Assembly (NCBI RefSeq): GCF_013377235.1
Contig: NZ_CP016226.1
Coordinates: forward strand, 1,571,019 to 1,595,018
Length of the DNA stretch: 24,000 bases
Reading direction: 5' to 3'
Source of the DNA: Mannheimia varigena
GTDB taxonomy: Bacteria; Pseudomonadota; Gammaproteobacteria; Enterobacterales; Pasteurellaceae
The translations under genes and the position numbers were made by a program. Positions 17,761-24,000 of this stretch are shown piece by piece. The notes under the pieces were generated by a model. It did not search any database. It saw only the letters and a list, made by a program, of their open reading frames with translations, and was not told the origin of the DNA. How positions within the stretch are numbered: position 1 is the first letter of the stretch; every line of letters starts with the position of its first letter.

Positions 17761-19293
17761 ATGACATTAGCCATAGTTTACAGCCGAGCCTCCATTGGCG
17801 TGGAAGCTCCATTAGTAACGATTGAAGTCCATATCAGTAACGGTCAGCCAAGATTAACTATTGTGGGTTTGCCCGAAGCTACCGTGAAGGAGGCGGGTGA
17901 TCGTGTACGAAGTGCGTTAATTAACGCTAATTTTATCTATCCACCCCAACGGATTACGATTAATCTTGCCCCTGCGGATTTACCCAAAGAAGGCGGACGG
18001 TTTGACTTGCCGATTGCTATCGGCATTTTAGCCGCGTCGGGGCAGATTGATTCGGATTTATTAAAGCAGTTTGAGTTTTTAGGCGAGTTGGCACTCACAG
18101 GGCATTTGCGAGGTGTGCACGGAGCAATTCCTGCCGTGATTTCAGCCGAAAAATCAAAACGCCAAATGATATTGGCTCAGCAAAATGCGAATGAAGCGGC
18201 TTTGGTTTCAAATGCCACAACTTATTTTGCGAAGTCGTTGCTTGATGTGGTGAATATGCTAAATAAGCGAGACAAACTGCCTATTTGCCAACAAGTTTTG
18301 CAAAACTCGGCAGAAAATCAACCGCTTGTAAGCCGAGATCTCACGGATATTATCGGGCAACAGCACGCGAAGCGAGCCTTAACCATTGCCGCAGCAGGGC
18401 AACACAATTTGCTTTTTCTTGGTCCGCCCGGCACAGGGAAAACAATGCTTGCCAGCCGTTTGGCTGACTTATTGCCTGAAATGTCTGATGAAGAAGCAAT
18501 CGAAACTGCCTCAGTAACCAGCCTTGTGCAGAATGAACTAAATTTTCAGAATTGGAAACAACGCCCGTTTCGGGCTCCCCATCACAGTGCATCAATGGTA
18601 GCGTTAGTGGGTGGTGGCTCCATCCCAAAACCGGGTGAAATTTCTTTAGCCCATAACGGTGTGCTTTTCCTAGATGAATTGCCCGAATTTGAGCGGAAAG
18701 TGTTAGACGCACTCCGCCAGCCATTAGAGGCAGGCGAAATTATTATTTCCAGAGCCAATGCTAAAGTGCAATTTCCTGCTCGTTTCCAATTAATTGCAGC
18801 AATGAACCCAAGCCCGACAGGGCATTATCAAGGTACGCATAATCGGACTTCTCCCCAACAAGTAATGCGATATTTAAACCGTTTGTCAGGTCCGTTTTTA
18901 GACCGATTCGATCTCTCCATTGAAGTGCCACTTTTACCCCAAGGGGCATTACAAAGTGGTTCTGAAAATCGGGGAGAAATCACCGAACAAGTTCGCAAGC
19001 GGGTGTTTTTAGCCAGAAAAATGCAATTTGAGCGAGCAGGTAAAATTAATGCTCAACTGACTACACGAGAAATTGAGCGAGATTGCAAACTATCCGCACA
19101 AGATGCATTATTTCTGGAGAATGCCTTAACCAAATTAGGTTTGTCAGTTCGGGCTTACCACCGCATTTTGAAGGTTTCTCGTACTATTGCGGATTTAGCA
19201 GGAGAACAGAATATCCAACAAATCCATTTAGCTGAAGCCTTAGGCTATCGGGCGATGGATAGGTTGTTGCAACGATTGCAAGGAGAGAGTTAG
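17761..19293 (+). CDS. comM: YifB/ComM family Mg-chelatase-like AAA+ ATPase (competence protein ComM)
   Basis: 510 aa with an N-terminal Lon-protease-like domain (GLPE..VKE..DRV..A), Walker A GPPGTGKTM, Walker B VLFLDELPEF, and a C-terminal Mg-chelatase subunit ChlI-like region. Confidence 0.92.
   Translation: MTLAIVYSRASIGVEAPLVTIEVHISNGQPRLTIVGLPEATVKEAGDRVRSALINANFIYPPQRITINLAPADLPKEGGRFDLPIAIGILAASGQIDSDLLKQFEFLGELALTGHLRGVHGAIPAVISAEKSKRQMILAQQNANEAALVSNATTYFAKSLLDVVNMLNKRDKLPICQQVLQNSAENQPLVSRDLTDIIGQQHAKRALTIAAAGQHNLLFLGPPGTGKTMLASRLADLLPEMSDEEAIETASVTSLVQNELNFQNWKQRPFRAPHHSASMVALVGGGSIPKPGEISLAHNGVLFLDELPEFERKVLDALRQPLEAGEIIISRANAKVQFPARFQLIAAMNPSPTGHYQGTHNRTSPQQVMRYLNRLSGPFLDRFDLSIEVPLLPQGALQSGSENRGEITEQVRKRVFLARKMQFERAGKINAQLTTREIERDCKLSAQDALFLENALTKLGLSVRAYHRILKVSRTIADLAGEQNIQQIHLAEALGYRAMDRLLQRLQGES
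18320..18329 (-). repeat. Uptake signal sequence ACAAGCGGTT (inside comM)
   Basis: The plus strand reads aaccgcttgt. Confidence 0.7.
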
Positions 19294-20063
19294 ATTTGTT
19301 GAGTGAAGATGAACGCAAGCAATTTCTCCACAAAATTCTCCGTATTTCCCCTATGTGCATTATGTCCTGCTTTTAAAATAATCTGCACAGGTAGTTGATG
19401 TTGTTCTGTCATTTGACGGAACTTTTTATCCTTGTCCCCAATGAAAAAGAGAATGTTTTTATCCGTCTGTTTTAATTGCTCAGCATAATTAGGCTGCTTG
19501 GCGAGGCTGGTGGCTTCCAGCATTTGAGCAATTCGTTCGCCTTGATTGTGCTTTCTGCTATCAATATAGCATTTTCTTTCCGTATCACTTAAATCTACAA
19601 ATACGGGCTGTTGATACCAATCTTCCAGCACTTTTTCAATTGGCTCGTGGCGAAAACGGTTCGCCCATTGGCAATCATTTTGCCAGCGTGCTTGGCGTTC
19701 AGTTGTTGATGCAAGTCCGATATTTGCTCCTTCTAATATCGTACCAAGCAGATTGGGATTATGGATATTAAGTACATAATCAAGAGCAGTCCGCCCACCT
19801 AGCGAATAACCCACTAAATAGAATGAATGTGAGCCAATTACCTTTTCTAAAGCGGTGTGGAGCTGTATTCGTAGTTCGGCAAAATCGGCACAAACGATGT
19901 GTTTGCTGTGCCCGTGAAATGGAAGGTCGATAGTAAGCGGTCGAATTTGGGGAAAATTTTGCAAATGTTGAAGAACGCTTTGCCAATCTTGTTGTGAGCC
20001 GAGCAGCCCGTGTAAGAAAACAACAGGAGTACCTTGTTTAGCGTGCCATTGATATGAGAGCAT
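19290..20063 (-). CDS. menH: 2-succinyl-6-hydroxy-2,4-cyclohexadiene-1-carboxylate (SHCHC) synthase, alpha/beta hydrolase
   Basis: 257 aa with VVFLHG, the nucleophile elbow GYSLGGR, WYQQPVF, MLEATSLAKQP and AGHNAHR.N, matching E. coli MenH (YfbB). It lies directly downstream of menD. Confidence 0.88.
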   Translation of the reverse strand: MLSYQWHAKQGTPVVFLHGLLGSQQDWQSVLQHLQNFPQIRPLTIDLPFHGHSKHIVCADFAELRIQLHTALEKVIGSHSFYLVGYSLGGRTALDYVLNIHNPNLLGTILEGANIGLASTTERQARWQNDCQWANRFRHEPIEKVLEDWYQQPVFVDLSDTERKCYIDSRKHNQGERIAQMLEATSLAKQPNYAEQLKQTDKNILFFIGDKDKKFRQMTEQHQLPVQIILKAGHNAHRGNTENFVEKLLAFIFTQQI

Positions 20064-20073
20064 TGATTAAATC

Positions 20074-20105
20074 TATAAATAAAAGCACCAGCATAGGCTG
20101 GTGCT
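20074..20105 (-). terminator. Intercistronic hairpin/terminator between menD and menH
   Basis: The minus strand reads agcaccagc-ctat-gctggtgct (9-bp perfect stem) followed by TTTATTTAT. It ends about 10 nt before the menH ATG. Confidence 0.6.
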
Positions 20106-20115
20106 ATCGTTGTAA

Positions 20116-21822
20116 CTAGGCAATTTCCGCCTGTGAAATTTGTTTCAGCAATGATTTATACATATTGCTGCCGTCGTGTTCGTTTACTTTGATTTCCACA
20201 ATGGTAACGCCTTTACGAGCATAGGCGTGTTTGAGTTTGGTTTTCAAATCTGCCCAAGTAAACGGGCGGATATACTCAAGCCCGAACATTGTTGCGACTT
20301 GAGCAAATTCAAAGTTGTGAGCAAGGCGGTAATATTGATCTTTCGCTTTGCTATCAACAGGCAACATATCAAACAATGCACCGCCACTGTTATTTACCAC
20401 GAATAAAATAGTTGGCTGGGTAATTTTGGTTAATAGGGCGATGGAGTTTAAGTCGTGTAGAGCAGAAACATCGCCCACCACACCTACGGTTGGGCGGTCG
20501 CTACCTTTCGCAATACCTGCCATTGTCGCAATTAAACCATCGATGCCACTTGCTCCTCGATTAGTATAAACAGGGTAGCCTTCAGGCAATTTGCATAGGG
20601 CATCAACTAAACGTACAAATAAGCTATTGCCGATGAATAAGTTGCCATTAATAGCTAAAACATCTTGAATATTGTGTGCAAGTGATGCCTCACTTAAACT
20701 TCCCCCCACTTGCTGCTCAATAAAGGTTGCACAGAATTGCGAAAGAGCTAACGGCTCAAGTAGCCACGGCTTTTGGCGAAGTGGCGGATGAACACGCAAG
20801 AAGTGATGAGCTTTCGCCACAAAACGGGTTTGATGGTGAGCGTTCGGATTAATGTAATCTTGCGATTCATCAACCAGCCAAAATTCGCCTTGATAAGCTT
20901 TTAAGAACTCATTGACACGCTTACTCACAATTTGCGTGCCGAATTGAATAACAATATCCGCTTGCAATAAACGTTGTTTTACGGTTTCGTTAGAGAGCCA
21001 AATATCGGCATACGGCAGGCTTGCTTCAATGCAAGATTGCACATCGCTTAATAAGCACCAGCCCATTGTTTCCGCCCAGTTTTTTAAGCCTGTGCCTTGT
21101 TCCGGTGGTAGTTTACCGACCACAATTACGCCACGTTTGGTTCGCCAGTAATCCCAATTTTCGTGCATAGATACTTCACTTTGAATTGCTTGTTGGTCAA
21201 TCCATTTGGTTTGTGAATTATTCAGCCAACCTTGAATTGGGCGTAACCAAGGGGTGTTGAGAATTTCATTAATATCAGCCTCATAAAGCGGTTCTTCGAA
21301 AGGAGCATTAATGTGTAGCACGCCACCTTGTTGAGCTTGTGTGGTGCAAGCCTGCTCAATGGTTGAAACTAACCAGCTTGCGTTATAAGCCTCGTTTGCT
21401 TTTGGTAAGTTTACGCTCGCAACAGGATAATTAGCAAAAATGCCTTGTTGAGCAATGGCTTGATTAACACCGCAGCCAATTAATTCTGTTGGACGATCTG
21501 CAGAAAGAATAATCAGTTTTTGATGAGTAAGACTTGCTTCAATCACCGCAGGATAAAGGTTAGCAACCGCTGTGCCTGAGGTAACAATTACCGCAACAGG
21601 GCTATTGGTTGCTTTGGCAATCCCTAACGCATAAAAGCCTAAGCCTCGCTCATCAAAGTGGGTGTGGCACTCTGCATATTGGGTTTGTTGAAGTTGTACC
21701 GCCTCAAGGGTTAAAGGGGTGGAACGAGAGCCTGGTGCGATACAAAAATGCTTTACGCCATAACGCATTAACGCACTTAAAATCACTTTTGCCCAAGTGC
21801 GGTTAAAAGAACTTACACTCAT
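20116..21822 (-). CDS. menD: 2-succinyl-5-enolpyruvyl-6-hydroxy-3-cyclohexene-1-carboxylate (SEPHCHC) synthase, ThDP-dependent
   Basis: 568 aa with the N-terminus FNR.WA.VI...L...GV.H.CIAPGSRSTPLTLEA and the ThDP-binding region GASGIDG...GDVSALHDLNS. It is in menD-menH synteny. Confidence 0.93.
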   Translation of the reverse strand: MSVSSFNRTWAKVILSALMRYGVKHFCIAPGSRSTPLTLEAVQLQQTQYAECHTHFDERGLGFYALGIAKATNSPVAVIVTSGTAVANLYPAVIEASLTHQKLIILSADRPTELIGCGVNQAIAQQGIFANYPVASVNLPKANEAYNASWLVSTIEQACTTQAQQGGVLHINAPFEEPLYEADINEILNTPWLRPIQGWLNNSQTKWIDQQAIQSEVSMHENWDYWRTKRGVIVVGKLPPEQGTGLKNWAETMGWCLLSDVQSCIEASLPYADIWLSNETVKQRLLQADIVIQFGTQIVSKRVNEFLKAYQGEFWLVDESQDYINPNAHHQTRFVAKAHHFLRVHPPLRQKPWLLEPLALSQFCATFIEQQVGGSLSEASLAHNIQDVLAINGNLFIGNSLFVRLVDALCKLPEGYPVYTNRGASGIDGLIATMAGIAKGSDRPTVGVVGDVSALHDLNSIALLTKITQPTILFVVNNSGGALFDMLPVDSKAKDQYYRLAHNFEFAQVATMFGLEYIRPFTWADLKTKLKHAYARKGVTIVEIKVNEHDGSNMYKSLLKQISQAEIA

Positions 21823-21910
21823 ATTCTTCTCTACTTATTAATAAATTCGATAAATAGCCCAAATTGTAGCAAAAAGTTAAATTATTTTGGTAAGTTTTTA
21901 GCGAAATAGT

Positions 21911-21962
21911 GAATTTTTAATAAAATTACCGCCCAATGCCGATTAATAGCATTGGGCGGTAA
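21911..21962 (-). terminator. Rho-independent terminator after dctM
   Basis: 14-bp stem ttaccgcccaatgc / gcattgggcggtaa (21926-21962). On the minus strand it is followed by TTTTATTAAAAATT. Confidence 0.8.
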
Positions 21963-21990
21963 AAGAATTTGTAAAAAATTTACAAAAAAC

Positions 21991-22000
21991 GACCGCTTGT
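21991..22000 (-). repeat. Uptake signal sequence ACAAGCGGTC
   Basis: The plus strand reads gaccgcttgt, immediately after the dctM stop. Confidence 0.7.
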
Positions 22001-22001
22001 A

Positions 22002-23285
22002 TTAATTAATTCTAATCCAATTCGGCAACGCTAATGAAATTGCCGGAATATAGGTAATTAAGATTAGGAATGTCAGTAATAGTAATAACCACGGCATTGC
22101 CGCTCTGACTACATCTGCAAGAGGCATTTTCGATACCGCAGAGGCAACGAACAAGTTCAAGCCGATTGGTGGTGTAATCAAGCCAATTTCCATATTTACT
22201 ACCATAATAATCCCTAAATGGATTGGATCGATACCGAGTTGCACCGCAATTGGGAATAAAATTGGTGCAAGGATTAAGATAATCGCAGATGGCTCCATAA
22301 ATGCACCGGCAATTAATAGCACGATATTTACCACCAATAGGAATGTCCACGGTTGTAAATTCCATTCTACGACGGTTTCAGTAATCAGCTGAGGAATTTG
22401 TTCGGTAGTAAGAACGTGAGCAAATAACATCGCATTTGCGATGATAAACATCAACATTACGCTTAATTTTGCAGATTCTAGCAACACTTTCGGGCAATCA
22501 CGCAGTTTAACATCTTTATAGATAAATACCGCAACAAACCACGAATAAACTGCTGCGACCGCTGCCGCTTCGGTTGGGGTAAAGATGCCACTGTAAATAC
22601 CGCCTAAAATAATCACCATCAACAGTAAGCCCCAAACCGCTTTGCGAGCGGCGGTAAACCACTCTTTTACTGTCGCACGAGGCTGGGCTGGTAGGTTTTT
22701 AATGCGAGCAACAATATAGATAGCAATCATTAATGCCACGCCAAGCATAATACCCGGCACAACCCCTGCCATAAATAATTTACCGACAGAGGTTTCAGTT
22801 GAAGCGGCATATACCACCATTACAACTGATGGCGGAATTAAGATACCAAGCGTACCTGCGTTACAGATAATCCCCGTACCAAATCCAACTGGATAGCCTG
22901 AACGCACCATTCCTGCGATGGCAATTGAACCAACCGCTGCCACCGTTGCAGGGCTTGAGCCTGAAAGAGCAGCAAATAGCATACAAGAAAGTACTGCCGC
23001 AATGGCTAAACCACCACGAATATGACCTACGGTTGCATTCGCAAAATCAATTAAGCGTTTTGCCACACCACCTGTGGTCATAAATGCACCTGCAAGCAAG
23101 AAGAATGGAATTGCAAGTAAGGTATAGTGTTCTGAAGTTTCAAATAGTTTGATGGCTAATGAACTGACGGAATCTTGGCTGAAGAACATAATGGTAACAG
23201 CCCCTGCCAAACCGAGTGAAATCGCAATGGGTACACCAAGAAACATTAAGATAAATAACAAGCTAAATAGCACTAAAATTGTCAT
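22002..23285 (-). CDS. dctM: TRAP transporter large permease subunit (DctM family)
   Basis: 427 aa, polytopic, with a typical DctM N-terminus (LF.L.F.LMFLGVPIA.SLGL) and length. It overlaps the dctQ stop by 1 nt (TAATG). The substrate is unknown. Confidence 0.88.
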   Translation of the reverse strand: MTILVLFSLLFILMFLGVPIAISLGLAGAVTIMFFSQDSVSSLAIKLFETSEHYTLLAIPFFLLAGAFMTTGGVAKRLIDFANATVGHIRGGLAIAAVLSCMLFAALSGSSPATVAAVGSIAIAGMVRSGYPVGFGTGIICNAGTLGILIPPSVVMVVYAASTETSVGKLFMAGVVPGIMLGVALMIAIYIVARIKNLPAQPRATVKEWFTAARKAVWGLLLMVIILGGIYSGIFTPTEAAAVAAVYSWFVAVFIYKDVKLRDCPKVLLESAKLSVMLMFIIANAMLFAHVLTTEQIPQLITETVVEWNLQPWTFLLVVNIVLLIAGAFMEPSAIILILAPILFPIAVQLGIDPIHLGIIMVVNMEIGLITPPIGLNLFVASAVSKMPLADVVRAAMPWLLLLLTFLILITYIPAISLALPNWIRIN

Positions 23286-23908
23286 TATTCTTCTCCTTGT
23301 GCGAGTTTCATTGCGTCTTCACTTTCATCTGCTAAGCCAAGACCAACTTGTTTGCCTTGTAAAATACGCACTAAAATTTCAATAAAACGGATACCGATTA
23401 AGGCAAAACCAACAGGCATAATTAAACCTACGTGCCACTGTTTAAGGTGGAATTGGTGTAAATCTTCTGCACCAATGTCAGCAACATACATTGCTGAAAT
23501 CCACTCATAACTGGCTGAACCAATTAAAATCGCATAGGCTAAACAAGCACCAATAGCGATAATACCTACAATTTTTTGCCCGTGTCGTGATAGTTTTTTT
23601 ACTAACACATCAACACCGATATGCCCTGCGGTACGCACCCCATAAGATGCACCAAAGAAAATCAACCAACCAAAACAAGCTTTAGTTAAAGCTACACTCC
23701 AAGTCATTTCTTGAGCGGCTTCCATAATCCACTCGCCGAGTGGTTCAGCGAAGCCAGCGGTAAATGGTACAGCTTCGGCTAAATCAAAAAAAACGTTATA
23801 AAGGTTGTTAAACATCACATAAGCAAAGGTAACAAGCGTCATTACCATCAACAAAATAGCGATAAAACATTCCTCAAAACGCTCCCAGAACCATTTTAAA
23901 GAAGACAT
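23285..23908 (-). CDS. dctQ: TRAP transporter small permease subunit (DctQ family)
   Basis: 207 aa with four predicted hydrophobic helices. It lies directly upstream of, and is translationally coupled to, dctM. GGAG SD sits upstream of the ATG. Confidence 0.8.
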   Translation of the reverse strand: MSSLKWFWERFEECFIAILLMVMTLVTFAYVMFNNLYNVFFDLAEAVPFTAGFAEPLGEWIMEAAQEMTWSVALTKACFGWLIFFGASYGVRTAGHIGVDVLVKKLSRHGQKIVGIIAIGACLAYAILIGSASYEWISAMYVADIGAEDLHQFHLKQWHVGLIMPVGFALIGIRFIEILVRILQGKQVGLGLADESEDAMKLAQGEE

Positions 23909-23968
23909 TTTTTACTCCGAAAATAGGATAATCCCAAATAGAAAACCGAAAGGACAAATTAAATGCCA

Positions 23969-23978
23969 ACAAGCGGTC
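23969..23978 (+). repeat. Uptake signal sequence ACAAGCGGTC
   Basis: Exact 10-mer in the region upstream of dctQ. A possible inverted partner would lie beyond the window edge. Confidence 0.7.
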
Positions 23979-24000
23979 AGATTTATTTAATTTTTTGCAA

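Noticed and set aside
23909-24000. Apparent absence of the TRAP solute-binding (DctP) gene next to dctQ
   Set aside because: The window ends 92 nt upstream of dctQ, so the dctP gene may simply lie beyond the edge. This cannot be evaluated from the window.

Overview
This is a core-chromosome segment of a Pasteurellaceae genome. The Apl-type uptake signal sequence core ACAAGCGGT occurs 12 times by my reading, which points to the Actinobacillus/Mannheimia/H. ducreyi-like clade. I call 23 protein-coding genes. All are intact, and most are housekeeping: trmD (5'-truncated)-rplS; a small MazG-like NTP pyrophosphohydrolase; roxA; accBC; aroQ; dapD; a VanY-like peptidase translationally coupled to rsmJ; ftsN; a ubiF-like hydroxylase; comM; menD-menH; and TRAP dctQM. 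Two AT-rich accessory insertions interrupt the housekeeping genes. One is a family-32 (DXD) glycosyltransferase wedged between aroQ and accB. The other is a three-gene beta-glucoside operon (PTS EIIBCA, 6-phospho-beta-glucosidase, BglG/LicT antiterminator) with a recognisable CRP site, promoter, RAT and terminator leader. I saw no rRNA, tRNA, IS element, integrase, CRISPR array or recognisable defence, toxin-antitoxin or prophage module. I do not see a convincing novel multi-gene system. The most unusual single items are: (1) a 111-aa cytoplasmic protein that is 25/111 His plus 7 Cys and built from an internal tandem duplication; (2) a 516-aa DUF937-like/TM/OmpA-C protein whose promoter carries a perfect 21-bp palindrome; (3) a terminator-like hairpin in the accB leader; (4) a CRP-S-like competence site upstream of comM. 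Several ORF-track starts are over-extended and are corrected here (accC, aroQ, bglG-like, ftsN).
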